Below are positions 8,997-21,100 of a stretch of DNA of 64,000 bases, in pieces. The stretch lies in assembly GCA_963803435.1 (NCBI GenBank), contig CAWDML010000005.1, forward strand, positions 192,001-256,000, written 5' to 3'. Under the pieces are notes generated by a model. It worked only from the letters and a program-made list of their open reading frames with translations. It made no database searches and had not been told where the DNA came from. A program made the position numbers and the translations under genes. Source of the DNA: an uncultured delta proteobacterium (GTDB lineage: Bacteria > Myxococcota > Kuafuiibacteriia > Kuafuiibacteriales > Kuafuiibacteriaceae). Each line of letters opens with the position of its first letter. Positions within the stretch are counted from its first letter, which is position 1.

Positions 8997-10031
8997 GTGC
9001 GTCGTCCGATCCTCCTCTTCTTCGTCTGCAGCCTCCTCTCCTCGTCTCTCCGCGCAGAGGCGGGCGATGCGGTCTCCGTCGAGCTGGTCCCGAAGGCGCA
9101 GAAGGGTCAGGGGCAGCCGGAGCTGGTGGTCAAGGCGCATGCGGCGCTCAAGCGCGTCACGCTCGAGCTGGTGCGCTCTACCGACCACGGGAAGGTGCGC
9201 GCGGCGGCGGGGCCGATCGATCCCGGGAAGGAGCACCGGTTCGCGCTGCCGCTCTCGACGGTGGGGCCCGCCGCGTTCACCGGCAAGCTCGACGTGGAGA
9301 TCGGCGGCGGGCAGAGCGGGTCGATGCCGCTCGATCTGAAGGTGGAGCTGCTCCCGGAGCTGGTGCTGACCGTGGCGCCGGAGGACGTGGAGCTGGAGAG
9401 GCACGCGCTGCGGATCGCGACCAACCGCGCGCTGGCGAAGGTGCAGATCGCGCTCATGTCGGACACGGGGACGCCGATGGGGACCACCGAGGTCGACACC
9501 CGGGACGGCGAGCGCGACGGCAAGTACGAGGTCGAGTACCCGCAGGGCAAAGGGACGGTGCTGCGGATCTCGATCAAGGGCTGGGATGCAGACGGCTTCT
9601 TCGGCGGCGTCGATCTGTTCCCGTGGCGGGTCGACATCCCCCACGAGGAGGTGAACTTCGCGTCGGGCAAGAGCGCCATCGAGGGGGATCAGGCGAAGAA
9701 GCTCGAGGCGAGCTTCGAAGAGATCCAGAAGGCGATCCGGAAGTACGGCAAGCTCGCCACGATCAAGCTCTTCATCGCGGGGCACACCGACACCGTCAGC
9801 GATGCGGCCTCCAACCGGACGCTCTCGAACGATCGGGCCCGCGCGATCGGGCGCTGGTTCGCGAAGCGCGGGGTTGGGATCCCGATCCGCTACGCCGGGT
9901 TCGGCGAGGATCTGCTGCTGGTGGTGACGCCGGACGAGACCGACGAGCCGCGGAATCGGCGGGCGGAGTACATCGTGGCGGTCGATCCGCCGGTGGTCTC
10001 AGGGAAGGTTGCGTTCAGGCCTCTGGACTAG
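8997..10031 (+). CDS. Exported OmpA-family peptidoglycan-binding protein
   Basis: Signal peptide; VNFASGKS, IAGHTD, NRTLSNDRA, GFGE, RNRRAE. Confidence 0.9.
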   Translation: MRRPILLFFVCSLLSSSLRAEAGDAVSVELVPKAQKGQGQPELVVKAHAALKRVTLELVRSTDHGKVRAAAGPIDPGKEHRFALPLSTVGPAAFTGKLDVEIGGGQSGSMPLDLKVELLPELVLTVAPEDVELERHALRIATNRALAKVQIALMSDTGTPMGTTEVDTRDGERDGKYEVEYPQGKGTVLRISIKGWDADGFFGGVDLFPWRVDIPHEEVNFASGKSAIEGDQAKKLEASFEEIQKAIRKYGKLATIKLFIAGHTDTVSDAASNRTLSNDRARAIGRWFAKRGVGIPIRYAGFGEDLLLVVTPDETDEPRNRRAEYIVAVDPPVVSGKVAFRPLD

Positions 10032-10061
10032 CGCGCCGCGGTCCCGATAGGTTTCGCGGCG

Positions 10062-11153
10062 ATGACGCGGAACATCGTGAACTTCAACGCAGGTCCGGCG
10101 GGCCTCCCTCAGCCGGCGCTCGAGAAGGCGCGGGAGGAGCTCCTCGACTTCCAGGGGACCGGGATGTCGATCATGGAGCACTCTCACCGCGGCAAGGCGT
10201 ACGACGAGGTTCACCAGCAGGCCATCGCGCTGGTCAAGAAGCTGATGGGCGTGCCGGACACGCACGACGTGCTGTTCATGCAGGGCGGCGCCTCGGGGAT
10301 GTTCGCGGAGGTGCCGATGAACTTCCTGACGGAGGGGAAGTCGGCCGACTACGTGATCACCGGGGCCTGGTCGAAGAAGGCGCTCGCGGAGGCGAAGCTG
10401 ATCGGGACGGCGCGGGTCGCGGGTACGGGCGAGGTGGACAAGAAGTTCACGCGCATCCCGAAGCAAGCGGAGCTCTCGCTCGATCCGAAGGCCGCCTACG
10501 TCCACATCACCACGAACAACACGATCGCGGGCACGCAGTGGCACACGCTGCCGGACACCGCGGGCGTGCCGCTGGTGGCGGACATGTCGTCGGACATCAT
10601 GTCGCGGCCGGTCGAGACCGCGAAGCTGTCGATGATCTACGCGGGCGCGCAGAAGAACCTGGGGCCGTCCGGTGTGGTGCTGGTGGTGATCGACAAGAAG
10701 TGGTGTGCGTCGGGGTCGACGTCGATCCCGGTGATCTTCCGCTTCCAGACGCACCAGGAGAACAACTCGCTCTACAACACGCCGCCCACGTTCGCGATCT
10801 ATCTGATGAAGAACGTGCTCGAGTGGATGGACGCCGAGGGTGGCCTGCCTGCGATGAAGGTGCGCAACCAGAAGAAGGCGGATCTCCTGTACGGCGCGAT
10901 CGCGGAGAGCGGCGGCTGGTACGCCTCGCCGATCGATCCCGACGCGCGATCGCAGATGAACGTGGTGTGGCGTCTGCCCAGCGAGGAGCTGGAGGCCAAG
11001 TTCGTGAAGCAGGCCGAGGCCGCCGGGATGGTGGGGCTGAAGGGCCATCGGAGCGTGGGTGGGATCCGGGCCTCGACGTACAACGCGGTGAGCCCGGAGG
11101 GCGTCGAGCGGCTGATCGACTTCATGCGTACGTTCAAGAAGGAGAACGGGTAG
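10062..11153 (+). CDS. serC: Phosphoserine aminotransferase
   Basis: [40 protein letters not shown]. Confidence 0.97.
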   Translation: MTRNIVNFNAGPAGLPQPALEKAREELLDFQGTGMSIMEHSHRGKAYDEVHQQAIALVKKLMGVPDTHDVLFMQGGASGMFAEVPMNFLTEGKSADYVITGAWSKKALAEAKLIGTARVAGTGEVDKKFTRIPKQAELSLDPKAAYVHITTNNTIAGTQWHTLPDTAGVPLVADMSSDIMSRPVETAKLSMIYAGAQKNLGPSGVVLVVIDKKWCASGSTSIPVIFRFQTHQENNSLYNTPPTFAIYLMKNVLEWMDAEGGLPAMKVRNQKKADLLYGAIAESGGWYASPIDPDARSQMNVVWRLPSEELEAKFVKQAEAAGMVGLKGHRSVGGIRASTYNAVSPEGVERLIDFMRTFKKENG

Positions 11154-11729
11154 ATGACGTTCGCCGAGATGATCGATCGGACCGCGCCGGCCGACGAGAT
11201 CGCGGCGCATCTCGACGGGCTGGCGGCGAAGGATCGCGTGCGCGAGGTGCTGGCGCTCAACGGGCGGCAGCTCGCCAAGCTGTTCGAGCTCACCAAGGGC
11301 AAGGGCGCGGTGACGCTCGCGGAGTTCGTGGCCCGGGCCGAGGAGACGACGATCTACGAGCTGAGGAACGGTCTCCCCGTGTTCAACGTCTCCCAGAAGC
11401 GGTTCTTCCGGCCCAAGGACGGCGAGGTCGTCGGCTACAACCATGCGGACCCGTTGGCCATGTTCTTCGCCGGTCCGGGCTACTTCTTCGCGCGGGACGG
11501 CGACGACGGCGAGCTGCTCTTCGACTACACGCGGCTGCCGGCGCTCCAGCCGCCGGGCTGGCCCGCGATCAAACCGAACGCGCGGGGCGTGATCCCGCGT
11601 GCGACGTATGCAGACATGATCGACTACGGCCGGCGGGTCTCGAAGCACACGGTCATCGGCGCTGCGTACCGACACGGCAAGCCGCGCAATCAGCACTTCA
11701 TCCTGACGCTCTGCGAAGCTCAGAGTTGA
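11154..11729 (+). CDS. Hypothetical protein (191 aa)
   Basis: Abuts serC stop; GC3-biased codons. Confidence 0.75.
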   Translation: MTFAEMIDRTAPADEIAAHLDGLAAKDRVREVLALNGRQLAKLFELTKGKGAVTLAEFVARAEETTIYELRNGLPVFNVSQKRFFRPKDGEVVGYNHADPLAMFFAGPGYFFARDGDDGELLFDYTRLPALQPPGWPAIKPNARGVIPRATYADMIDYGRRVSKHTVIGAAYRHGKPRNQHFILTLCEAQS

Positions 11730-11796
11730 GAGGGTGGTAGCCTTCCGGACGGCGGGGGATGCGCCCCCCCCGATCCGATCGGTTCAATGAGGCGCA

Positions 11797-12987
11797 GTGA
11801 GCTCCGGTTCCTTCGTCGCCCTCGACCTCCTGCGCGATCTGGGGCCGCTCGATCCAACAGCGTCCTATCGCGTCATCGGTCGTCTCTCGCGGGGCGGCAT
11901 GGGCGACATTCTGCTGGCCGAGCGCCGGACGTTCGACGGGACGACCGACCAGATCGTCCTCAAGCGACTGGCGGCCGAGCTGCAGGAGGAGCCGTACGTC
12001 TCGATGTTCATGAGCGAGGCGAAGGTGATGTCTCGGCTCGATCACCCGAACGTGGTGCGGCTTCTCGACGTGCCGGTGGTCGACGGCGCGCGCTGTCTCG
12101 CGCTCGAGCTGGTGCACGGCACCAACCTGTATCACCTGATGCGCTGGTCGCGGCGCGGGCACGGGCCGATCCCGGTCGAGCTGGTCGTGTACATCGGGCT
12201 GAGCGTGCTGGCCGGTCTCAGCTACGTGCACGCGGCGAAGGTCGATGGTGCGCCGATCCACCTGGTGCATCGCGACGTGAAGCCGGGGAACGTGTTGCTG
12301 TCGCGGACCGGCGAGGTGAAGCTGACGGACTTCGGCGTGTCGAAGTCGAGCTTGTCGACGGAGATCACCGCGCTCGGCGTGGTGAAGGGGACGCCGCACT
12401 ACCTGTCGCCGGAGCAGATCAAGGGCGACCCGGTGAACCCGCGCTCGGATCTGTTCTCGCTGGCCGTGGTGATGGTGGAGGTGCTGGCGGGCCGGCCGCT
12501 GTTCAAGCAGGAGACGCTGGCCGGGACGCTCCTGGCGGTGTCGACGGGCGATCGGCCTGACGTGGAGTCATTGCTCCCGCGGCGGCACCGAGCGCTGGCG
12601 GCGGTGCTGGAGCGGGCGCTCACGGTCGATCCGGCGGGACGGTTCGAGAGCGCGACGGCGATGGCGTCGGCGATGACCGGTGCGTGCCCCATCGACGACA
12701 CGCAGGTGAAGCGGGAGCTCGCCCTTCGGGTCGGGGCCATCTGTGACGAGGTCGGTGATCCGCTGTACGGGGGACCGACGACGCACCGCGAGCGGCGGAC
12801 CGGCGCCATTCCCCTCGAACCGTCGGACTTCGACGGTGAGGACACGACCCGCGCCACGACGCCGATCCTGGGCCGGACGGTGCCGGCGCGGGACTCCCGG
12901 CGGGTCACCCGGGCCTTCCTCCTCGGTGTGATGGTCGGCGCGCTCGCCGCCTGTGGACTCCAAATCGCCGTCTGGCTGTCTTCGTAA
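11797..12987 (+). CDS. Ser/Thr protein kinase with C-terminal TM
   Basis: RGGMG, HRDVKPGN, DFG, GTPHYLSPEQ. Confidence 0.92.
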   Translation: MSSGSFVALDLLRDLGPLDPTASYRVIGRLSRGGMGDILLAERRTFDGTTDQIVLKRLAAELQEEPYVSMFMSEAKVMSRLDHPNVVRLLDVPVVDGARCLALELVHGTNLYHLMRWSRRGHGPIPVELVVYIGLSVLAGLSYVHAAKVDGAPIHLVHRDVKPGNVLLSRTGEVKLTDFGVSKSSLSTEITALGVVKGTPHYLSPEQIKGDPVNPRSDLFSLAVVMVEVLAGRPLFKQETLAGTLLAVSTGDRPDVESLLPRRHRALAAVLERALTVDPAGRFESATAMASAMTGACPIDDTQVKRELALRVGAICDEVGDPLYGGPTTHRERRTGAIPLEPSDFDGEDTTRATTPILGRTVPARDSRRVTRAFLLGVMVGALAACGLQIAVWLSS

Positions 12988-13030
12988 TTCCTAAGAGAAG
13001 ACACCTTGGGACGGGTAGTGTTCCGTCACC

Positions 13031-16000
13031 GTGCTCAGCTCCTTCATCCTCCTGCTCGCTGCGTCTCCGTCCCTGGCGACGCCGGTGGCGACGCTCGATC
13101 GATCGACCGTCCCGGCTTCGGGCCGGCATCGCGTCCACGCGACCATCGAAGCGTTCGGGCGCTACGGCATCACGGTTCAGAGCGAGCAGGGCGTGGCGAT
13201 CCAGGTCGTCGACAAGGTCGCGGGGCCGGGGCCGGTGTTCGGCCGTCCGGGCGGCGAGGATGGTCGGCTCGACGCGTTCTTCGATCGCGGGACCTATCGG
13301 ATCCTGACCGAGGGCGACCCGAAGTCCGAAGGCGATGCGAAGATCATCGTGCATCCCTATCGCGAGCTGGAGGCGCCGGCGCCGCCCGCGCTGGTGGAGC
13401 TCAAGCCGGTCGACGCGACGCTGGGCGACTTCGAGCAGCGCTCGTACTGGATCGACGTGACCGCGCGCCGCCGGGTCTTGCTGGAGGCAGCGGGGCGGAA
13501 CCTCGGCGATCTCCGGATCTGGAGGGACGGGAGCTGGCTGATCGAGGCGGAGCCGACGCGCGACGTGACGGAGCCGAGCGTCGGCCGTCCGCTCACCGTG
13601 TTTCGCATGGTCGCGGATTTCGAGCCCGGTCTCTATCTGGTCACGTCCTACGGCGGGCCGCCGCTCGCCTGGGCGGAGGACGACGGCCGCCACCCGTTCC
13701 ACCTGCGTTTCGGGATCCCGCAGCTCCCCTCGGTGGTGCGCCAGCGCTTCCAGGTGGGGCCGCTCGGGTACGATCGCTACCTCGTCTCCGGCGCCAACTT
13801 CTTCCGCGCCGAGCTCGCTGAAGCGGAGCCCCTCACCCTCGAGGTTCACGCCTCGGCGCAGCCGTTCGGCGGGTACGGCGGGATGCGCGCGGAGATCGCG
13901 AAGAACACGGTGCCGCCGGTGGCGGAGCTCGACGCGGGATCGGGCAGCGTGCCGTGGATCGTGACGGTGAGGGGCAGCGAAGGACAGGCCTATCTGCTGC
14001 AAGCGTTCGCGTCGACCTGGTACACGGCGATCCCCAAGGGCGGCGACTACTGGGTGTCGAGCGTGCACGCCGGTCACGCGGAGGACTCGATCGACGCCAC
14101 CGCGATCGTCGTCGACGCGGGCGAGAAGTATCGCCCGCTGGTGACGCAGGCGGTGAACCTGGGGAGCGCCGGATGGGCGCGGCGATTCAACCTGCTCGAG
14201 CAGGCCACGGTCTTCCTCGACGTCCAGACCGCCGGCGCCTATCGCATCACGGGACAGGGGGGCGCGACGGCGACCTACCAGATCGAGCCGTTCCTGGTGA
14301 CCCGGCCGCCCGAGTACAAGAGCCCACCGTTCAAGAGCTCGGGCTCCGACTGGGAGCTCGATCGCGGCCTGTACGTGCTCACGCTGGAGCCGAGCAAGAA
14401 GGGCGTGCTCGAGGTGACGCTGGCGAAGAACGGCTTCTTCTCGCGCCAGCCGGATCGAGCGCCGCCCCGTCCGCAGGTTCGCTTCGAGCGCTTCCGCTTC
14501 GAGGGCAACGCCTGGATCTACCTCAACCGGCAGCCCGGGGTCCGGGTCGGCGTGATGGCGCGCTCGATCCCGATCGATCTTCGCGATCCCCTGGCGGTGA
14601 CGCAGTCGCCCGGTGAGACCGTCGAGGTGCCCGCCCAGATCGCGGAGGAGGGCGTGCTCTCCGCCCAGGCCGAGGACGGCGCGCTGCTCGAGCTCTCGGT
14701 CGACGGCGGGGCGTGGGTCCGCTCGGCGCGCCCGGCCGCCGGGCCGCACACCGTCCGCGTGCGCATCGCCGGCGCCCATCCGGTCGCGTACAGCCTGGGG
14801 TTGAGGGTGAGGCGCCTCGAGCCCGACGTGCCGCTGCCTGCGCTCCCGGACGCCCGGCTGGCAACGGTCCCCGACTTCACCGAGCTCGAGGACGGCAAGC
14901 CGCGCTGGTTCGATCTCGAGCGGACCTCGGAACGGAGCTTCCTCGTCCACGCGCGCGCGCCCGGGCTCTTCAGGCTGGAGAGCACCGGACTCCTGGCCAC
15001 CGAGGGCAACCTGCGCACGCGCGTTGTCACCTCGATGCTGCGGGCCGGCCAGAACGGCGTGGGACGAAACTTCCTGGTCCAGCAGTACGTGGGCACCGGC
15101 GACTATCAACTGACCGTACGCACGCTGGGCCTGACGAAGGGCCACCTCGGTCTTCGTTTGAAACGAACACCGGAGGATGGCGGCGGCAGCTTGATCGACG
15201 GGATCCCCGCGCGGGCGACGCTGCCCGCGGGGCATGCGATCGTCTATCCCTTCCGGATCGGCAAGCACGGGCGGTACCGGCTCCGCGCGATCGGGCGAGA
15301 CCGGACGCTGCGCTGCCGTCTGGAGGACGCGGACGGCTGGCCGATCGTGGAGCCGAACGTGGAGGCCGCCTTCGATCGCGACTTCGAGGCGGGCCAGTAC
15401 CGGCTGGTGGTGCTGCCGGAGGCCGTCGACCTCCGGGTGGTGGCGCTCCTGGAGAGGATCGATCCGCCGATCGGCTTCGAGGGTCACGGACCGCATCACA
15501 TCGCGCTCGATCAGGTGGTCGAGCACGAATGGGTGGAGAGCGCGCGCAGCTCGGCGTCGAAGCCGGAGACCCGCGAGCGGGACGTCTGGGTGTTCGAGGT
15601 GCCGGCGGCGCTGGAAGCCTCGATCGAGCTGGGCGGGAAGATGCACGGCGACCTGATCCGGGTGGGGAAGAACGGCGCGCGCGAGAAGGTGGCCTACGTA
15701 CCGCCGCTCCGCGGGTGGACCGGAAAGCTCGCACCCGGCGAGCACCGGCTCGAGATCATGAACCTCCACGAGGGATCGGACGTGCCGTACACGCTCGTGA
15801 TCCGACCGGTGCCGATGGCGGTCGGCCTGACCCGCACGATCGCGGCGCCCGCCGTCCTGCCGCTGGCGATCGGGGCGCGAGGTCTGATCGAGGTCTCCTC
15901 GTTCGGGCCCTCCGACGTGGAGGCACGGCTGATCGACGGACAGGGCCGGACGGTGGCGAAGAGCGACGATCGACCCGACGACTGGAACTTCCACATCGCC

Positions 16001-18127
16001 TCCCGGCTCGATCCCGGCGACTACACGCTCGCGATCAACCCGGTGGGCGGCGAGTACGGATCGACGGAGGTCGAGGTGCGCGCCCGCGAGGAGGTCGAGC
16101 GGGAGGCCTGGCAGCTCCCGCTGAAGACGCGGGTGGCGGTGGGGCGCCAGGTGCACGTGCACCCGCTCGCGCTGCCCGATGAGGCGCGCTTCCTGGCCGT
16201 GGTCGCCCAATCGAGCGAGACGCTCGGGCTGGTGCTGGAGGAGGAGAGCGATTCGGTGTTCCGGACCGTCGCGACCGCGGTAGGCCGGCCGGCGCGGATC
16301 GAGCTGCCGCTGCCGGCGGGCGCCTCCCACCGTCGCTTCCGGGTGAAGCTCTGGTCGGCGGATGAGCGGAACCTCCCCATCGATGTGGTGGCCGTCGCGA
16401 TCGAGCCGGTCCGGATCGACGAGCGCGCGCTGGCGAGCGGCGAGACAATCGCTCGGACCCGGGACCTCCCGATCGCGGTGGCCGAGGTGGTGCTCGATCG
16501 GCCGGGTACCTTCGCGATGCAGGGCAGCTTGCGATGGGCCTCGAGTGAGCGCGAGGCCGCGCGCACCCCGGTGCGCGGGCTGCTCCATCCGGAGGGGACC
16601 CGCGTGTGGCTGGTGAAGGACGTCGGGCGCCGGGGGAAGGCTCGGTTCGCCGGCCGGCGCGTGGTCCTCGAGAACGGCACGCTCGACTTCGTGCTCGGCG
16701 AGCGCCCGACCGTCGTCGACCTCGCGGGCGAGGGTCCGGCGCTGGTGCGGGTCGAGGTCCCCAAGACGCAACCGGCGGTGTGTGCGACCGGGACGAGCGA
16801 GCGGATCGGCCCGGAGTGCTTCGATGTGGCGTCGCACGGCGCGATCTCGGTCCGGCTCGAGGACGGGCCCGGAGTGGCGCGGATCTGGCCGGCCCGGTCG
16901 GGCGTGCCGGGGCCGTTCGACGCGGCGCTCGAGGTCCGGCACTTCGGGGCGCCGGAGTCCTCAGAGGTCCCCGAGGGCACGCTGTCTCCCGGCCGCGCGC
17001 GTGCGTTCGAGCTGCCCGCCGGGCCCAAGCGTCTGGCGCTATCGCTCGAGGAGGGGACCGTGGCCGTGCTCTCGGAGGGGACGCGGCTCGAGCGGGTGGC
17101 CTGGGCGAACGGTGCCACCGAGATCTTCGAGGGGAGCGGCCGCACGCTGACGCTGCTCAACCCCTCCGCGGACAAGACGACGTTCGCGTTCGAGGTGTTG
17201 CCGCTCGAGGAACGCGCGGCCGCTCGAGGGCTCACGCAACCGTTCGAGCGGACCGCGGTGCGCGCCGGCCGAGAGCAGGTCCTCGTCCCCGCCGGCAAGC
17301 AGGACCGCCGCCTCTACGTGCGCGGCGGTGACGCCGTGTTGATCGGCACCGACGGGACGGTGGATACGCCCGACGGAGAGGGCGCCTTCCTGCTCGGGAG
17401 CGGCGGCGGAGCGCTCCGGATCGATCACGGTGTGGGCCTGGTGATGGCCTGGATCGATCCGCCCGGTGCGTCCGGCGCGGGGCTGTTCGACGCGATGCCT
17501 CCCGCCGCACGCGACGTCTCGATCCCGAGCGTGGTGTCGCTGTCAGGATCGACGACGGCGCTGCGGTTCACCACCGATCGCCCACGGCTGGTGCACGTCC
17601 GCACCGAGGCGCCGGCGGCGGGGCGCTGGATCGCGGGCGGTGCGGATTCTGGGCCGGTGATCCGAGCGCGCGGTGGAACGTACGATCTCTACCTGCCGTC
17701 CGGTCGAGGAACGCTGGTGCTCCGGTCGATCGGCGGCGGCGCGCTCTACGGCTCGGCGGAGGTCACCGCGAGCCCGGTCGATCCGTTGCGAGAGGGCCTC
17801 GGGCCCGAGGTGATGATCGCGCCGGGCGCCGGGCGGGCGTTCGCGTTCCAGATGAAAGCGAAGGGACCGATCGGGATCGGCGTCAGGTCCGACGCGGCGG
17901 ACGTCGAGGCCGTACTTCGCGACGCCCGCGGTCGCTCGATCGGCACCGGCGTGGTCCAGATGCACGAGCTCGAGCGCGGCACCTACGTGCTCGAGGTGTT
18001 CACGCCTCCAGGCGGGCGGCCGGCGCGGGCGCGCCCGGCGCTGGTCGGGCTGGATCGACCGCCGAGCGGGCCGCCGGCCCAGGTCGTCGAGAGCTACCTC
18101 CGCACGGCGGGATATCGGGAGCGCTAA
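13031..18127 (+). CDS. Large exported multi-beta-sandwich protein (1698 aa) of the alpha-2-macroglobulin operon
   Basis: Signal peptide; repeated ~100-aa units ending in GxYxL (PPC/Ig-like); 3 bp from the A2M start. Confidence 0.8.
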   Translation: MLSSFILLLAASPSLATPVATLDRSTVPASGRHRVHATIEAFGRYGITVQSEQGVAIQVVDKVAGPGPVFGRPGGEDGRLDAFFDRGTYRILTEGDPKSEGDAKIIVHPYRELEAPAPPALVELKPVDATLGDFEQRSYWIDVTARRRVLLEAAGRNLGDLRIWRDGSWLIEAEPTRDVTEPSVGRPLTVFRMVADFEPGLYLVTSYGGPPLAWAEDDGRHPFHLRFGIPQLPSVVRQRFQVGPLGYDRYLVSGANFFRAELAEAEPLTLEVHASAQPFGGYGGMRAEIAKNTVPPVAELDAGSGSVPWIVTVRGSEGQAYLLQAFASTWYTAIPKGGDYWVSSVHAGHAEDSIDATAIVVDAGEKYRPLVTQAVNLGSAGWARRFNLLEQATVFLDVQTAGAYRITGQGGATATYQIEPFLVTRPPEYKSPPFKSSGSDWELDRGLYVLTLEPSKKGVLEVTLAKNGFFSRQPDRAPPRPQVRFERFRFEGNAWIYLNRQPGVRVGVMARSIPIDLRDPLAVTQSPGETVEVPAQIAEEGVLSAQAEDGALLELSVDGGAWVRSARPAAGPHTVRVRIAGAHPVAYSLGLRVRRLEPDVPLPALPDARLATVPDFTELEDGKPRWFDLERTSERSFLVHARAPGLFRLESTGLLATEGNLRTRVVTSMLRAGQNGVGRNFLVQQYVGTGDYQLTVRTLGLTKGHLGLRLKRTPEDGGGSLIDGIPARATLPAGHAIVYPFRIGKHGRYRLRAIGRDRTLRCRLEDADGWPIVEPNVEAAFDRDFEAGQYRLVVLPEAVDLRVVALLERIDPPIGFEGHGPHHIALDQVVEHEWVESARSSASKPETRERDVWVFEVPAALEASIELGGKMHGDLIRVGKNGAREKVAYVPPLRGWTGKLAPGEHRLEIMNLHEGSDVPYTLVIRPVPMAVGLTRTIAAPAVLPLAIGARGLIEVSSFGPSDVEARLIDGQGRTVAKSDDRPDDWNFHIASRLDPGDYTLAINPVGGEYGSTEVEVRAREEVEREAWQLPLKTRVAVGRQVHVHPLALPDEARFLAVVAQSSETLGLVLEEESDSVFRTVATAVGRPARIELPLPAGASHRRFRVKLWSADERNLPIDVVAVAIEPVRIDERALASGETIARTRDLPIAVAEVVLDRPGTFAMQGSLRWASSEREAARTPVRGLLHPEGTRVWLVKDVGRRGKARFAGRRVVLENGTLDFVLGERPTVVDLAGEGPALVRVEVPKTQPAVCATGTSERIGPECFDVASHGAISVRLEDGPGVARIWPARSGVPGPFDAALEVRHFGAPESSEVPEGTLSPGRARAFELPAGPKRLALSLEEGTVAVLSEGTRLERVAWANGATEIFEGSGRTLTLLNPSADKTTFAFEVLPLEERAAARGLTQPFERTAVRAGREQVLVPAGKQDRRLYVRGGDAVLIGTDGTVDTPDGEGAFLLGSGGGALRIDHGVGLVMAWIDPPGASGAGLFDAMPPAARDVSIPSVVSLSGSTTALRFTTDRPRLVHVRTEAPAAGRWIAGGADSGPVIRARGGTYDLYLPSGRGTLVLRSIGGGALYGSAEVTASPVDPLREGLGPEVMIAPGAGRAFAFQMKAKGPIGIGVRSDAADVEAVLRDARGRSIGTGVVQMHELERGTYVLEVFTPPGGRPARARPALVGLDRPPSGPPAQVVESYLRTAGYRER

Positions 18128-18130
18128 GCC

Positions 18131-21100
18131 ATGAAACGAGGCCACGTACTACTCATCGCCACCGCCCTGGTCCTCCTCGGGGTGCTGCACGGGCTCTCCA
18201 TCGCGACCACGCCCGATCACGCCCATCCCGGCTCGAACGGGATCGTGGTCGTGCCCGAGCGCTTCCTGCGGAGGTGGGATCCAGTCACGATCTTCTTCCC
18301 CAAGGCGGCCGGCAAGCCGGGCCCCGAGGACCACCCGGAGCGCTGGCTGACGATGACCCCGGAGCAGCCGGGCGCGTACACCTGGCTCGACGGCTCGACG
18401 TTGCAGTTCCGGCCGGCCGAGCCGTGGCCGGCTCTCTCGCGGATCACGATCGCGATCGAGAAGCGCGACAGCTTCACGCTGGCGACGCTGATGAACCCGC
18501 CCTCGCAGGCGATCCCGAGCGACGGCGCCGACGACCTGGAGCCGGTCGAGGCGATTACGCTGACCTTCCCCGAACCGATCGACACGGAGGCCCTGGCGCG
18601 GATGACGCGCATCGAGCTCCGCCCGCGGCCCGGTCTCGACGCGACCGGCGCGCGCTGGCTCGACCGCGAGGACTTCGCGGTGAAGACGATGGAGCGGGGC
18701 TCCCCCAGCGATCCGGCGACGTACGTGCTCCAGCTCGAGGAGCCGATCCCCGAGAGCACGCGGGCAATCGTGCGCTTCCAGCTCTCCCTCGACGACGGCG
18801 GCGCCGAGTCCTTCTCCGAGGTCTCGTTCTCCACGCTGGAGGCGTTCCGCGTGCTCTCCTTCGGATGCCGCGGCCACCGCCTCCCGGTGACGCCCGCAGG
18901 CACGACGTACACGGACGAGCAGGCAATCGCGTGCTCCTCGTCCTCGCGCTCGCTCGAGGAATCGAGCTCTCGAGCGAGCCGAGCGCGCTCAATCCGGTCA
19001 TCGCTCGCAACCTGATCCGCTTCACGCCCGCGGTCGAGAACGTCGAGTTCCGCGCCGGAGGGCGCGCGATCGTCGTGTCGGGTCGCTTCGAGCCGGAGAA
19101 GCGCTATCAGCTCTCGATCCACCCTACGGCGCTCACCGACACCCGCGGGCGGCTGCTCGACCTCGAGGGCGCCAGCCGGATGTCCTTCTACTATCCGAGG
19201 AAGCCGAAGTACCTCACCTGGCAGCGGAGCTCCGGGACGGTGGAGCGGTTCGGCCCGCAGTCGGTGCCGATGGACGGCCGTGGCTTCGACCGCGCCGACC
19301 TCCGCATCTATGCCATCGACGCGCTCGATCGAACGTGGTGGCCCTTCCCGGCACGCGCGGTCTCGGTGGACGAGTCGCAGCGTCCGCCCGGTCCGGGCGA
19401 GGAGCCCGACCGCCGGATCGAGCCCTACTACACGCCGTCGATGGACTCGGTGAAGGCGCACCTGACCGCGCTGGGATCGCCGCTGTTGTCGCGCATCGTC
19501 GATCTCCCGATCGATCGCAAGGGCAGCGCGCACACCTTCGGGCTCGACCTCGCGCCGTATCTGACCGCGCTCTCCGGCAAGGAGCGACCCGGCCACTATC
19601 TCGTCGGGGTGCGCCGGCTGGACGGATCGTCCGAGCGCTCCTGGATGCGGCTCGAGGTGACCGACCTGTCACTGTCGGTGGTCGAGGAGCCGCGGGAGGT
19701 CCGCTTCTTCGTCACCAGCCTGCGGAGCGGGAAGCCCGTCGCGGGCGCGCACGTCCGGGTCGAGGGCGTGTTCGCCCAGGACGGGAGCTCGCGATGGGAG
19801 ACGTTCTTCGAGGGCACGAGCGATGAGGCGGGGGCGGCCCGATGGACCCCGCCCGGCGCGGTGCCGCGGGTGTCGCGGACGCTCCGGCGCGTCACGGTGG
19901 AGAAGGACGGCGACGTCATGCTGATCGATCCGGATCGTCCGCCGGAGCGATTCCAGAACGATCGCTGGCAGCGAGGGCGAAGCGGTGGGTGGCTGGCGTG
20001 GACGGTCAACCAGTCGCTCTCCTCCCGCGGGGCGCACGAGCAGACGTTGTGCCACATCTTTACCGAGCGCCCGGTGTATCGGCCCGAGGACCAGGTGCAC
20101 ATCGCCGGGTACGTGCGGACGCGATACCAGGGCGCGATCCGGTCGGCCTCGGGCGCGTACCAGGTCGAGATCCGCGGCTCGGGCGATCAATCGTGGAGCG
20201 CGCCGATCGATCTCACGAGCGGCGGCGCCTTCCATCATGTCTTCAGCGAGGCCAATCTCCCGACCGGGATGTACACCGCCACGCTGATGACCGCGATGCG
20301 CGGCTACCTCTGCCAGGTGCCGTTCCGCATGGAGGCGTACCGCATCCCCACGTTCGAGGTGCGCCTGTTCGCGAGCGACGAGGTGCCGATCGATCAGGCT
20401 TTCGATGTCACGCTCACCGGGAGCTACTACGCGGGCGGGCCGGTGGCCGGACGTCCGGTGCGGTGGCGGGTGACGCAGTTTCCGTACACGTGGTCGCCCC
20501 CGCGGCCGCTCCCGGGCTTCGTCTACTCCACCGACAGCCGGTACTCCCGGATGGGGACGTTCCAGTCGACGCCGGCCCTCGGGCGCGAGGCGACCACCGA
20601 CGAGCGCGGCGGCGCTTCGCTCGATCTCAACCCTGCCGTCGAGCCGACCGCCCAGCCGCGCACCTACGTGGTGGAGGCGACGATCACCGGTGCCGACGAC
20701 CAGACCGTCACCGCGACGAAGCAGGTCCGCGCGATCCCGCCCTTCGTGCTGGGGCTGAAGGCGCCGCGGTTCCTGGAGCGGGCCGATCGGATCCGGCCGG
20801 AGATCGTGATGGTCGACGCGAAGGGCCAACCGATCGCCGGCCAGGAGGTGACGGTGCGGCTGATCCACAGAGCCTGGCACTCGCACCTCCAGGCGAGCGA
20901 CTTCTCCGACGGCGCCGCCAAGTACATCACGGACGTGGTCGACGAGAAGCTACTCGAGAAGAAGGCCACCACGAAGTCCGCGCCCATCCCGATCGATCTC
21001 CCGATCGAAGAGACCGGCGTATACCTGGTGGAGCTCGAGGCGCGCGATCGGCTGGGGCGCGCCCAGGTGGTGGCGGTGGATCTCTTCGCCGCCGGCGATC

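Noticed and set aside
10043-10050. CCCGATAG upstream of serC as a sigma28 promoter
   Set aside because: Two mismatches, no -35 element, housekeeping gene
11746-11776. G/C hairpin after 11729 as an intrinsic terminator
   Set aside because: Stem is homopolymeric and has no U-tract; support too weak
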